Shown piece after piece: positions 1 through 13,558 of a stretch of 64,000 bases of DNA. Source of the DNA: Geosiphon pyriformis uo1 (taxonomy: Eukaryota; Fungi; Glomeromycota); NCBI GenBank assembly GCA_016748015.1, contig JAAOMT010000512.1, positions 1,088,719 through 1,152,718 on the forward strand. Reading direction: 5' to 3'. The position numbers and the translations under genes were made by a program. How positions within the stretch are numbered: position 1 is the stretch's first letter; each line of letters starts with the position of its first letter. The notes under the pieces were generated by a model. The model had not been told where the DNA came from. It saw only the letters and a list, made by a program, of their open reading frames with translations, and ran no database searches.

Positions 1-845
1 GCAATTCATAATTTGAAATTTCTCGATTACCCTTTTTCATTGTGTTTAACAACATATTCCCTTTTTCCAGTTTCTTATTAAAAAAATTAATCTTCAAAAT
101 AAAAAAATTAACTCGAAATCTGAATCTAATCAATCAATGATTAAGATAAAACTATATGTTCTATTCATTTAACATTATACTTCTGCATCATAAAAATTTA
201 TGGAGCACTGGTATTTATTTTCAGTAAATAACTACCCAATTTTAGTTTTAGTCACGCAAACACAAAAGCAAGTCAAAGATTAAAGTATACATGATAACTT
301 TTTATCGAACTATAATACTTTATATTTTAAATATCAAAATGTATGATGCGGGTGATTTGATTCATCATTTTCAAATTCAGTCTTATCAATTATACCAGGT
401 TTTTACTATTGTGCTATCAATTATAATAAACGCAATTGAAACAAGAAGCAAAATTCCATTAAACATGTCAATTTATCTCCTGCTGCTAAACTTTATTTTG
501 TTTCTCACACCAGCTGTAAATGATGATTATGAGTACCACTTTGAATCTTTTTCAAAGAAAAAAAAAAGATCTATAAAATGAGGCGATTTCGCTCTCTTGC
601 AAAAAAAAAAAAATTCATCATCAATTAGGTCAGGTACCTATTCCACCACTACTTTCCAGTCCCCGCGGTTCTATTTTTCACTACTGTTTCTTTGAATATT
701 TTTAATTCCAACTCAATTTACATTCTTTTATTAAATTACTCCCCTGGTTGGGCTATTTGTGAAAAGTTATTTCAATACCATTCCACTCTTCAAAATTATA
801 ATTTTCAAATAAACAAAATTTTTCTACTTAACATTATTCCTCATC

Positions 846-2223
846 ATGAAATTCTTTACATCTTCGTTGATCCTTCTTGCTACCACTTTGGCATCTATCT
901 CTGCACATACGACAATGAAAAACCCTCTTCCTAGGTATTATTAAACTCAACCTTGTTGTTGAAGGATATAAAAACATGGTCTCAATATAAAGTGATCTAA
1001 CCAATTTTTTGCTTTTACAATGTAGGGGACATCCACTAAATCCGAATGCCGCAGTGAAAGATTATAATTGCCTCACAACGCCTCTGAACGGTGGTCCAGG
1101 TTGTGCACCAAAACCATTCCCATGTGGTGGTTATCCCGTCGACAAAACGATTACTCAAGTTTTCAAAGCTGGTGATGTAATAAATGTTGAATTCTGGAAT
1201 CCAAACTTCCCAAATGGTCCAACTGACGCTGATGCTACAGCTAATCAAGCAAGACATAATGGTGGTTTATGCGAATTTGCTCTCAGTTACGATGGTGGGA
1301 ACTCTTATACCAAAATTGCTACGTATCACGAGTCTTGTCCTGATATCTTTTTCGATTGGAAAGTCAAGATCCCAGAAAATGCACCTTCATGTGATGACCC
1401 TGGTAAATGTATCTTCTCATGGTCCTGGCTTAATGCCTTGGGTAATCGTGAATTTTATCAAAATTGTGCTGATATTAAGATTGATGGTACCGCCACGGAA
1501 CCACTACCAATCATTGATATCACTCGCGCAAATGTTTCTCCATTCGCGAATAACATGGTTCCACCAGGTGATAATCCCAATAATGGTAACGCCAAAGGTT
1601 CTGGTCCTCGATCCTCCGATACCGAAGCCAACATGCACAACAAAATTGGCAGCGGCAGCAGTAAAGCTCCATCAAAATCCACTTCAATTGATGGCAAAGG
1701 AAAATCTGGATCTGGTAATCCAATTACTGGAGACAGTTCATCCTCTAACCCAGTTACAGGGGACAGTTCATCCTCTAACCCAGTTACAGGGGACAGTTCA
1801 TCCTCTAACCCAGTTACAGGGGACAGTTCATCCTCTAAACCAGTTATTGGGGACAGTTCACCATTTAAAATTGGAAATGGAACTGATCAAACGCCATTGA
1901 GCAGCGGTGATCAGAAACCTGCTAAAGGACATATAAAACATGGAAGAAAATCTGGAAAAAAGGGAACTGTTAGAAAATCGACTATTCCAACTTCCCCATT
2001 AGCTGGTGCTGCTGTATCAGGTACCATAAACAATAGTGATGCTAGTCAAGCAAAAAGCGGAGCATGTTCCAATGGGGCAATGTCTTGTGAGGAAGAAGAT
2101 AAAAGTCCAGCATTTAACATATGTGAAAATGGTAAATTTGTTCTCGCGCAATGTCCCGGCGGTACTGTATGCAAAGTTAAAAGAGACTCCATCCAATGTG
2201 GTCATTCTGTGAGGAAATTTTAG
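846..2223 (+). CDS. Secreted AA11-like lytic polysaccharide monooxygenase with Ser/Gly/Pro-rich linker and C-terminal Cys-rich (CBM19/X278-like) module; 2 exons
   Basis: ATG at 846 gives a signal peptide MKFFTSSLILLATTLASISA followed directly by His1 (HTTMKNPLPR). A GT-AG intron (935-1025) joins it in frame to the 1009..2223 ORF. AA11-type motifs ARHNGGLCEFALSYD and WSWLNALGNREFYQNCAD. C-terminal module CSNGAMSC...FNICENGKFVLAQCPGGTVC. Confidence 0.88.
1717..1860 (+). repeat. Coding tandem repeat, 30-bp unit (NPVTGDSSSS), about 4.8 copies, in the LPMO linker
   Basis: tcctctaacccagttacaggggacagttca is repeated perfectly three times, with degenerate flanking copies. Confidence 0.95.
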
Positions 2224-2970
2224 CGAATTTAAAATCCTTTGTAACAAATTCAACCCTCCCTTGTAAATTCTCTCTAAAAAATTATCACGCTCTTTACTAA
2301 ATATTTAAAGCATAAAGCTCGGAAAATCATTATAAATTTAACTTCACTTTCTCGATCCCTTTTCATTTTGCCCCTACAATTTTGATATCGAGGTCTTGAA
2401 TGTTCTGGTAACTAATCAAGGCTAACACTTATCGAAAATGTTAATACGAGTTACGGTAGTGAAAAATTAGACTCATACTTGTAATATATATATAAAATAT
2501 TTAGTTAAAATTTCTAAACAATTAATGATAGGTTCGTCATAAAAAATCTTCAATTGCATGTAAAATCTAAAATAAAAAAATCTTGGTATGATTCCTGAAA
2601 TCTTTGGCGTTATAAATTTCGACTGATGAGAGGTGGGAGGCCTTCCCAAAAATTATAGAACGATGCGGTCATAAAGCTTCTAACATCAAGCGTCTTAACT
2701 TTGATTGGCATTTTTGAGCGAATTAATAATTGAAATATTTATGGGTAATTATTTACGCAGATAATTTTTCTGAATAGAAGTTGATCACTAAGTTTGAAAC
2801 GTTTAATAGAGCCATTGACATGCCTAAATTGAAAGCAAAAAGCCGATTACAGACTAAATCCATATGCAATATTTTTAATTAAAAGCTTGTATGCATTTTT
2901 CTTCACTGCTTTTAAAAGATAGAAAGAATAAATTTCGCTCTAACTTTTCAAACTTCTCCGGCTTTTACGA

Positions 2971-5402
2971 ATGGAGCAAATCGTATCAGAAAAAGATGAG
3001 TATCAAAAAGAACGAAACACTACTGAGGAGAGTGTACGTAATAGCACTGGTGCATCTAGTGAATCTACAATAATTGAAGTAGGAGGAAAAGAGAAAGATG
3101 CTTTCTTAATTAAAGTAGAGAATGGTATGACTACGACTCTTTTATTGTATTGGGATAATGGGAGATGGCGAAATAACTTATGCAAATTTGAATGACATAA
3201 AAGTTGGCCAACCGATTGGCTCATCTACTAACGTTCAAGGCGTGAGCCTGGCATGGCGAGATTTATCATACACAATCACAAAACCTAACAAGGAAAAGCA
3301 AAAAATCGTCGATAATGTCAGCGGTCTAGTGAGACCTGGTGAAGTAATGGCAAGTCAGTATAAAATGCCCAGTTTTTTCAACGCTCTTTTATTATCTAAT
3401 TTTTCCTTTTTTTACTTCAAATCGGATATAGTAATGGGACCATCGGGAGCCGGAAAATCCACATTACTCGACTTATTGGCTGGTCGAAAAGATCCCAAGT
3501 TAGTATCAGGCCAAATATTGTTGAATGGCCGGCCTGGTTATGTGAAATACGTTTCTACTTATGTTATGCAAGACGACGCTTTGATGGGTACGTTGTTCAA
3601 ATCTGTAAAGTTGCAATATGAACTTTGCCTAACAATTTTATCTTAAATTCCAGGAATATTAACTGTGCGCGAAAATATACAGTTTGCTGCGGATCTATGG
3701 TATCCATTAAAAGACCTCTTTTTTCGCTCAATTTTTATTTCGACGTGAAGAATCTTTTAAATATAATAATTTCACCTGACTGTGTCATCAATAGTTTTCC
3801 CGCCTTTTACACAGCTCAAGAGCGACGAAATCGTGTTGAAACAATCATTCAAGAGTTTGGACTAAGTCGAGTTGCTGACTCTAGAATCGGAACAATTTTT
3901 TTGAGGGGTGTCTCTGGGGGTGAGAAACGTCGTGCTTCGATTGCATCGCAAGTAATTACAGTACCAAAAATTATTTTCCTTGATGAACCAACAACTGGTC
4001 TTGATTCGGCTGCATCATATAATGTCATGAGCGCAATAATCAGCATGGCGAGAAAACATAAACTAACGGTTATCGCCAGTATTCATCAACCTTCGACTGA
4101 AACTTATTCGCTTTTCGACAAACTTTTTCTGATTGGCCGTGGTCGTACACTTTACACGGGCTCTAGAGAAGGAGCAATTCCCTACTTTGAAAGTTTAGGT
4201 CATGTCTGCCCACCATACTCAAATCCAGCTGACCATTTTCTTTATCTTATCAATTCTGATTTCATGGTTGATAAAATGGAAGCTAATACGCATATGACCA
4301 AATTTATTGAGGGATTTGAAACCTCACAAGTGAATGCTCAATTGCAACAAGAGATTAATGATTTGGTTCAAACACACAAATTAGATGATGATACTCGAGA
4401 AATCTCTGGGGACACAACGCAAAGATATGCACGTAATTTCTTGGCTCAGACTTGGATTATTTCAGTTCGTTGTTTTAAGAATTCGACGCGAAATGTTTTA
4501 GTGTTTTGGGTCAGGGTAGCCATGTATGTCGCTTTAGCATTACTAATGGGTTCAACATTTTGGAAAGTCGGTTTTGGACAAGACCAAATTCAAGAGCGCT
4601 TCTCCTCGCAATATTTCGGTGTGGCTTTCTTATCGTTTATGAGTGTTGCTGGAATACCAGCATTCCTAGAGGAACGAAATGTTTTCCAAAGAGAAAGAGC
4701 AAACGGGTTTTACTCTGTTGCACCCTACGTCCTGGCCAACACAATTATATCATTCCCTTTTATTTTTATAATTGCTCTATCATTCACCCTCGTTGCCTAT
4801 CCGACCATTGGCTACAATAGCGGTTTTAGTCACGCTGTCATATTTGTTCTTTTCCTTTTCCTCGTATTATCAGTTGCTGAATCCCTTGCAGTCTGTATCT
4901 CAGCCCTGATTCCCATTTTCGTGGCAGCTCTTGCAATTACCGCCTTCGCAAATGGGTTTTTTATGATATTTGCGGGTTACTTGGCACGGCCAGATGAGAT
5001 CCCAAATGGTTGGATATGGGCTCACTATATCTGTTATCAAAAATATGCATTCGAAGCAATTATACTAAATGATTTTAGGGATTTGAAGTTTGATTGTGAA
5101 AAATTATCAAAAAACAATGGAACCAAACTGTATAATTGTGTTTTTGGAGATAAATCAGGAAATTCGGCTCAATTCAGCGGTCGTGATGTGCTAGAAGAAC
5201 TAGGCTACCCCAATGCTCATCTTTGGCTTTGGGCGGTAAAAAATAATTATTTTCTCAATCTTGATTTCTCGCCTGAAATATAGAAATAATTCTGATTTTT
5301 AATTTTTAACCTTTCCCATTTCAGCTTATCCTTATTGGGATGATGGTGGTTTATCGCATGATTTTCTATTTTATACTTCGCATACGACGAGGTCGGCAAT
5401 AA
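2971..5402 (+). CDS. ABCG (White-family) half-transporter, NBD-TMD; 6 exons (paralogue 1)
   Basis: Spliced model: Walker A GPSGAGKST, Q-loop YVMQDD, signature VSGGEKRR, Walker B IIFLDEPTTGLD, H-loop SIHQP, then an ABC2 membrane domain. Last exon 5325-5402 (LILIGMMVVYRMIFYFILRIRRGRQ*). Confidence 0.93.
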
Positions 5403-6109
5403 ATTAACTTGGGTTTTTAGTATAATATTGTATATCACAGAAACACTGTTTTTGCTAGTGTACAAAATTTATGTAATTAACACCAATTTAGCACGGATAG
5501 AAGTTTAACTTTATGTAAAAACTTATTAAATTTAATACATCGTATTTAATCATTTCAAGGTTTTTCCAATAAAATTGCACATTGAAAAGAATGGGGATCC
5601 AATTCACGCTTCTTTGATTCAGATTTTAGTATCAATAATAAAATCAGAAGATTTACCTTTTATTATTATTTTTTAAAATCTAAAATATTAAAAAAAAGTC
5701 AACATAGCAAAAAAGGAGTTTTCACATTGTCAAAATTTGCTTTAAATATTTGATTGTGGTAATATTTGTAGAAAACATTCATAAAAAGGTACAAATATTT
5801 ATTTTTATTTAACATTACAAAGAATGATAAAAATATAATTAATGTTCTAATATAATCAAAAATAAAAGCATTTGGTGAAACCAAACAAAAATTACACTTT
5901 TATCCGTTAGTATATAAAATTATGTAATTTAATTAGGATATATTTAATTTAAACTTTATGGGTGATTGAATTACTCTTAGGAGTCCAAAAATAAACTTTA
6001 AAAAGACATTATTATTTGTTAAAAGTTCAAAAAGATTATTGTGAACTTCCAAAAACTATGTTAAATCGTTTTAATTTTACCCGATCTATGTAAAATCTCC
6101 ATACTATGA

Positions 6110-6600
6110 AAGATTTACGTCCACTTTTAACGGTTGCTCTTGTATGACATCATACACGAAATTTTCTATAAGAATCGATGCTTATGGAGATTCATCTGTC
6201 CAAAGTACACGTCGCCAATCCTTTGAATCCAATGCTTGTAGACTTTAGCTCAATTTAGCTGTTTGATTCAGTTTATTTCATTAATGATTGGTTTCTTACG
6301 CATTATATAGGATTTAAAGAAAGTTCTAATAGATATAGGATTTTGGATTATAGATGAGATTTCCGCAGTGAATAGGTTTTTTTGCATATTTCTTATGGCT
6401 GGTTTTTTGAGAATTTGACGTTCAGAACTTTTATCAATAGTAGAATTTTGATCACTATTATTTCTTTTTAAATGATCAGTATTTTTTATTAATTCTAATA
6501 TTTTAAGACAATTCTTAACGCAAGTAGTGGACCGTCCAATAATACGGCCAATTTTTTGCGATAGATATCTCTTTTTTGAGCATTTTATCGAATAACATTC
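6110..6600 (-). mobile_element. Degenerate Tc1/mariner transposase remnant
   Basis: Minus-strand translation with stops and frameshifts: KIGRIIGRSTTCVKNCL (HTH), RKKPIINEIN*IKQLN*AK..HW, KDWRRVLWTDESP (first catalytic Asp), TVKSGRKSFIVW. Confidence 0.8.
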
Positions 6601-8389
6601 GTTTTCATAAGATATTTTGGCTACTCATTTGTTTATACATTTCGAATTTTCAAGTCCATTAACTAAATAAAAAATGAAACAAAAATGAATCTCTTTTATT
6701 ATTATAAGTGCAATTTTAAGGTTTTTAGTATTACGGCAATCTTTTAAAATTCTTTACGGTCATGAGAAAATCCTCCTAATCTGCATATTTGTCTATTCAC
6801 AGTTAGCTCCCCTCCCAAAAGTCATTGATCTAATAATAGTAAATAATCTTTAAATATCTAATTTTAGTTTTTTTGATCCAGTTCAAATTGTTTTCTTTTC
6901 CATATGGGGATAAATTGTCCCTTCTAAATAAAGGAAAAACATGATTTCAATAGAAATGTTTATTCATTTCTCGTTTTGGAGCTTTTTTAGTTTGAATGGC
7001 AATTGAATATTTCCCAAATTGTATTAATTGAATAAAATTTTTGTTCACATCAGCCTGAATTTAGTTTATAATTAAGACGTCCAGTACATTCTTTATTTTT
7101 TGATATTCATAGGACCGAAGATATGTTTAAATTTTCTTAGGCAGCAACTTCTCAGGTCGAATATCCTATAATGATATTTTTTTCAAGTGAAAATCAATAA
7201 AGTTGGGATTTAAGAATAACTAATTAAAAAAAGTCTTTGAAAAAAAATTAAAATTCCAATTATTTTTTTATTTGTGAGAAATTGGTCATAGTAATTAGAT
7301 TGAAAAAATTTGATTTATTTTAAAGCTTCTAATCATTCATGAAAATTTTAATTGTCCTAAACACTATACAATAATCCAATTGGTAATTATCAATCACTTT
7401 TGTTAGGTTTATTTCCAACGATGAGATTGCGAATTTTTTTTTTAGACTGTAAACTTTTCCCTATAAAAATTTACTGTTTAACACAAGTTAAATTATGTAT
7501 ATCTAAAAAATCATCGCCAAAAGGTTTAAGCATTAACATTAATTAAATATAATTCTTCAACTATATCAAATCCGAAAACTTTATAGTTTTAAAATCTTTG
7601 GTACGATAAATATTTGCCATTTTCAAATGAGTTTCAACCATTCCATAACTTGTTCTTAATAGCGATAGGGACAGCTTAAGTTAATATATTTTGTAAAAAT
7701 AATTAAAGTGTCATAGTATAATAAAATGTTCTTAATTTGTACAAGGGATTGTTTACTGAAAGGAATTCATGAGCCTGATTTTTTTTTCTCCCAGGAATGT
7801 GATGAAGAGTTCTATAGACAAAATATATATGTGCACCCACACTGCATCTGCCAACTGCAATGTTATGAACTCTATTTTTGCGAGAATTCACGGTAAAAAT
7901 TCAATACGGTATTTCATTGAACAGCACACTTTTTGACTTTTTCGTAAAAGATTTGCATCTGTAATGTATAGATACTAACCCACCCCCTACAATACCATAA
8001 TCAATAAATGTGGCTAGGCTAGATTTGAAATTTGAATTCGTTTATTATTATTAACCAATTTACATATCTTTAAATGAAAAAAATTTATAGCACGCCCTAA
8101 GCTAAGTAAAGACTGACATAAAATTATAAAGGATAAAGGTCGAGCGAAGTGAATATTAGCGGGAATGTTGTGTTCTGTAAAAGTTTTTTTGTGGTTCGGC
8201 GTGAATTTAGAGATTATTTAATTGTGGGACGAAAATCTTACCCTTACATTAAATAAAGATGTCCAAAGATTTCTTATAAAAACAGCAACTCAAGTTTACC
8301 TTCCTTTCTCTGCCATTTCTGGTCCATGCCAACGTCTTCTTAATCTGAAAAGATTTTTCTTCAAAAGACAAAATAAATAGATAATAATT

Positions 8390-10876
8390 ATGGAAAAAAC
8401 CTTTGTTTTGTCAAATGATTCTCAGGAGGATACGAGTGACCTTAATGTTGAAGGCATAACGAGCCATTCGAGACTTAGTTCAGAAAAGACTTCCATTACA
8501 TGTACAGATCTCGAGAAACAATGCACAAAAGAAAAATTGATTTCAGTAGCAATTGATGACGGTAAAAATCCGTTTTATAATGAGCTAGAATTTATTTCGA
8601 GCATGAAAGATTGGATATACGTACTAAATAAGAGATTTTTCAACAAATAAAAGATGACGATTTTTATTTCACATCCCGCAAAAGTGTCAGTCTTGCTTGG
8701 AAGAATCTTTCATACACAATTACTAACTCAAGAAATAAAAAAGAAGATAAAATTATTCAATGCATGAGCGGTATAGTCAACCCAGGAGAATTCTTGGCAA
8801 GTCAGTAGATATAACAAATTTTCCCATACTGAACCTTGAGTCCTTAACCCTACATTACTCAATTTTTTATTCCTATTTTTAGTTTTGGGTCCTTCTGGTT
8901 CTGGTAAAACAACATTATTGGATTTATTATCAGGTCGCAAAGATCCAAAGCTAGTTTCAGGGGAAGTACTTTTGAATGGGAGACATGGTAATATCAAATA
9001 TGTATCAAAATATGTGATGCAAGACGACCAAATGATAGGTATACAATAACTTTTTGAATTTGAATTGAAATATTTTTTTGCTCAAGCTATTTTTATATCT
9101 TTTAAGGAGTTTTGACCGTTCGTGAAAATATTGAGTATGCTGCAGAGTTCTGGTATGCATTATTTGGCTTTTTAATTTTCTGCAACTCGCAATATTTTAC
9201 TGTAACTCATTTTCACAATCAAATTTTTCATCGAAACAGTCTTCCCACTTCATATAGCGCTGCGCAAAAAATGAAACGTGTTAATGACATTATTCAAGAA
9301 TTTGGATTGGAACGTGTCGCAAATTCTAAAATTGGAAATGTCTTTGTACGTGGAGTATCCGGCGGTGAAAAACGGCGAGCTTCAATAGCCTCACAAGTGA
9401 TTACATTACCAAGTATGATATTTCTCGACGAACCAACTACTGGTCTTGATTCAGCAGCTTCATATAATGTCATGAAGGCGATCGTTGGAATGGCACGAAA
9501 GTACAAACTTACAATTATCGCAAGCATTCATCAGCCATCTACCGAAACGTACTCACTTTTTGATAAAGTTGCTTTCATTGTTCGTGGTCGTACAGCATAC
9601 ATTGGCAGTCGGGAAGGGGCTATACCTCATTTCAATGAATTAGGCTATAAGTGTCCACCTTACTCCAATCCAGCTGATTATATCCTTTCTCTCATTAATT
9701 CGGATTTCATTACGGATAAATCGCAGGCCCAAACATATCTTACCAAATTTATAGATGGTTTCGAAATATCATCGACCAACCTTGAATTAGGAGAAAAGAT
9801 TAGCCAATTAATTGAATTTCATCAGAGTGATCACGACACTAGAGAGATTTCTTCAGAGACCAATAAACGATATGCTCGTTCTTTCTTCGCACAAACACAT
9901 ATAATAATGAGGCGGGCATTTATAAATGCACTGCGAAACGTGTTGATGTTTTGGACGCGGGTTATATTGTATTCTACCCTTGGATTAATGATGGGGTCAC
10001 TTTGGTGGAATATTGGATATGAACAGGAGCAAGTACTTGAGCGATTGGCTTCTCTATATTTTACTATTGCATTCTTGACTTTCATGAGTATTGCTGCTAT
10101 CCCTGGCTTTTTGGAGGAGAGAGCTGTGTTTGAGAGAGAACGCTTCAATGGTTTTTATTCTGTCGGTCCTTACGTCTTATCCACAAGTCTTGTTTGCATT
10201 CCTTTTCTGTCCCTCATCACAATTTGTTTCACATTCACCGTTTATCCCACAATATCTTATAATCATGATTTTTACCGTGCTCTTGATTATGTTATCATAA
10301 TATTTCTCGTTCTGATGATCTCGGAAGCTCTGGTTGTATTTATCGCTGCGATTATTCCAGAGTTCGTAGCTGCTCTCGGTATCACCTCATTTGTGAATGG
10401 GTTCTTCATGATATTCGCCGGTTTTCTTAAACTTTACAAAAACCTTCCAACCGCCTGGAAATGGGCCAATTATATCAATTATCAAAAATATGCTTTCGAG
10501 GCAATTATCAGCAATGACCTCAACGGTTTGACCTTCAAATGTGAAACACTGGATCTAGCAGTAATTGATCCAAGCGGTTCCCTCAGTTTGCTAGTTGGGA
10601 ACAACAATTATTACCACTGCAACTTTGGTGACAAATCTGGCCGATCAGAGTCATTTAGTGGATCAGATATTTTGAAGGATCTCAAGTGGGATGACATCAT
10701 ATATTGGCGATGGGTGGTAAGTGATTATTCTACTTTTTTTTTAAAATGGATTAGAACTTCTATTTGGTTGTGGTTATTTACATACGTTATATTCGCAGCT
10801 TATTTTGGTTGGATACGTTATTGCTTACCGTCTGGCTTTTTATGTATTACTCCGAATAAGAAGACTGCACATCTAA
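8390..10876 (+). CDS. ABCG half-transporter; 6 exons (paralogue 2)
   Basis: Walker A GPSGSGKTT, VSGGEKRR, MIFLDEPTTGLD, SIHQP. Intron positions match paralogue 1. Last exon 10799-10876 (LILVGYVIAYRLAFYVLLRIRRLHI*). Confidence 0.93.
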
Positions 10877-12023
10877 ACAGATAGGTTAATTAAAAGTCTT
10901 TTTATGGCATTGAGTTGGGACGTCTTGTCTTTGGCCGTGTGCATTTCTGCAACTAACTTCTGCCAAATAAAAAAAATCCATGATCTGTAATTTTAATATA
11001 GAAAAGCAATTAATCGTATTTAGATAATAAATTTAGTTTCCATAGATTCCCCTAAACTTTCAATCTACTGTTGCTTTTCCCAATATCTAAAATTGTTTTA
11101 GGAAGCTCTTAGGCTTGAAATCGCATACCTATCAATTTTAATAAAAATAACAAAAAATTGAGACGACGTGTATGTGAACTTTTCAAAATTCAAAGCTAAA
11201 AACTATATAACTTTGGAGAAGTATCTTTTCTTTCTTTATAAAATGGGAAGATTTCTCGGCGCCAATAGCTCGATCTATCGACTGAATTTATCAGTATTTA
11301 AGAAAAACCACAAATGAAACTACTTATTGTAGCAGTTTGAATCTAAGATAAGAATCCCGGCATGAAATTTTGAGACTAGCCAAAAAAAATAGGAACAAAA
11401 AAACCTCAATATTTTGAAAAAATTGAAGTCACTTATTTCCTTGGCAAAATATTATAAAGGACGTTAAAATCATTCCACCTTGTTTATTAAAAGTGAAGTT
11501 TATAGAAATAAAAATCATCAAAGAATGTCTTACTTGTAGAGTGTGAAAAATTTCACAAGTTGTTCAGCAACTGAAATTCTGCTTGTTCATAGATACTTCG
11601 AAAACGCTTTTGAAGATGTTATAAGCTTGTTAATTTGATTAATCTAGGTGGCCATTATATGAATAAGAACCATCCGATTTTCTAGAATACGATGAACATT
11701 GATCTTTTTAAGGGGATATTTTGGAACTTCAATGTGACTGAATGAACTTAGAGAATTTATGGTAAAAATCAGAATTTTACTTTCATATTAAATAATTATT
11801 TTAAAATTTTTAATCTTAAACCTTACTACAATGTGGGAATTAAAGTGGCAGACTTTAGAAGATGATTCTGCTTCGCCACACGAGTATCATGTGATAGGAA
11901 TCATGAGATAAATACATTTAAACCGTGCCGTTACATCATTATTATGTCTTTTTCTTGAAGATTTTCCTAAATTTTATGGGTCTCGTTATTTAAATAGAGT
12001 GATTAATTGCTCGATTTTTAAAA

Positions 12024-13353
12024 ATGGATGTAAGCCTTTCCATACAGATTCCACTCAAACGAAAGACAGAAACCGATAAGGCATTCTTCGAACGTGAAAA
12101 CATCGAGCTCGAAGCTTCATGGATGAGAAAGCAAGAAGCACTGAATGAGAATCATCCGGGAAATATTTCAGTATCAGAGGTCAAAAAAAACCCAAAAGGG
12201 GCAAGTGACATTAGTTTAATTGGATTTGATGATAGAGAGGAACTGCCAGATGAGCATTTTGAAAATTTCCTTAACAATGAGCCAAAAATGGGACCAAAAA
12301 AGTATTTTTTTAAATAAAAATTTCCTCAAGAATAGTAAATCAAAAAACTTGATTTACGGTATCTTTACCTGTTCTTTTTTACCATTGTTTGCAAAATGAA
12401 ATATCTTTCATTTTTTTATTTAAATTTATCCAAGGATTATCGTTTGCCATCTTCCCCCATGGTGCCAACGGCACCCTGTAGAATTTCCATCTATTGATGC
12501 TTATGAGATTCACTATAACAATTGTCACCGGTACATTTGTGATGAATGCGATGCTGTATTTCCCACTAAACGTTGGCTGGACATGCATTTGACAGAATTT
12601 CACGATGTGCTGGCACAGATTCGAAAGGAGAGAGGCGAGAAAATTGTAAGAAAGCCAGCCGTTTTGAGAAATTCTCCAAATCAGACACTAGATACTGATT
12701 TTCTCGTGTCAAATTCGATAGTTCGCTTGCTTTGTCCAAGGATGTGATCGCAATTTTGGAGAGTACGCCAAAAGAAATCGTCATTTGATCGATAAACATG
12801 ACTATGCGACAAATTATAACTTTGCCATTGTGAAGTTTGGGGTGGTACCTGTAAGCGTGCGTAAAGTAAATGATGTCATTAAGAAAAAGAAAATGTGAGT
12901 TTTCTATTATGATATCTCACTTCTTTTAGGTCATATCGATTTACCATTTCATTGATGTTTAAATCACATAATAGGGAAAAGAAAAAACGAAATAAACAGG
13001 AAAAGAACCAGTCATCTTTTGCTGAAACTTTAGATGGCTCAACCCCTATTGAGCTCAACAGCCAAGTTGCTTTGGACACTATAGTGCCACAGGAGCCTGA
13101 CGACATAGATATGTTGATTGAATCAATGGATAAATTAAGCCTACCCACTTCAATCAAATTTGGCCGTGAATCACAGCGTACACGATTACCATTTGGGCTC
13201 GCTAGCTTTGGTCATTCAAAAGCGTCCTTCCCTAAATCTAAGAAAGCAGGAGCAAAGAAAATAAATAAATTTTCAATGGATATTGAGATAGAGGCAAAAA
13301 ACTTGGAGGAAATTGAAAATTTTAAGGTTGAAAGCTCAGGACAAAATATCTGA
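12024..13353 (+). CDS. ZNF511: ZNF511-like C2H2 zinc-finger protein (multi-exon)
   Basis: Exons at about 12435-12645 and 12722-12850 encode CHLPPWC..EFPSIDAYEIHYTNCHRYICDECDAVFPTKRWLDMHLTEFHD and FACFVQGCDRNF...RNRHLIDKHDY..NYNF, the ZNF511 finger arrangement. N-terminal motif LKRK...AFFE. C-terminal motif LPTSIKFGR. Confidence 0.78.
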
Positions 13354-13558
13354 TATTAAAATGGATTGATAATTATGCGCCCCAAGCTGGAATAGGAACT
13401 TACCAGATGTTTTTGATTTGAATCATGAAATATTTTCGAGCTCTGTTTGATTTTTTTTTTCTCAGATTATCAAAAAAGCCTATTTGTCAAAATTTGATTT
13501 TTTGAAATTAGAAAATCTGTACATACATGGCCACTCGTTAATTAGCAGATAAAAGCAC

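Noticed and set aside
291-934. Short ORFs 291..581 and 692..934
   Set aside because: AT-rich, no motifs. The real first exon (846-934) is in another frame.
1717-1860. Regular repeats as a possible CRISPR-like array
   Set aside because: Head-to-tail units with no spacers, in frame inside a eukaryotic CDS. The same applies to the 72-bp repeats at 38752-38949.
1184-1900. 238-aa overlapping + strand ORF with repeats (TVHPLTQLQG)
   Set aside because: Alternative frame of the LPMO gene, kept open partly by the 30-bp repeat. No independent motifs.
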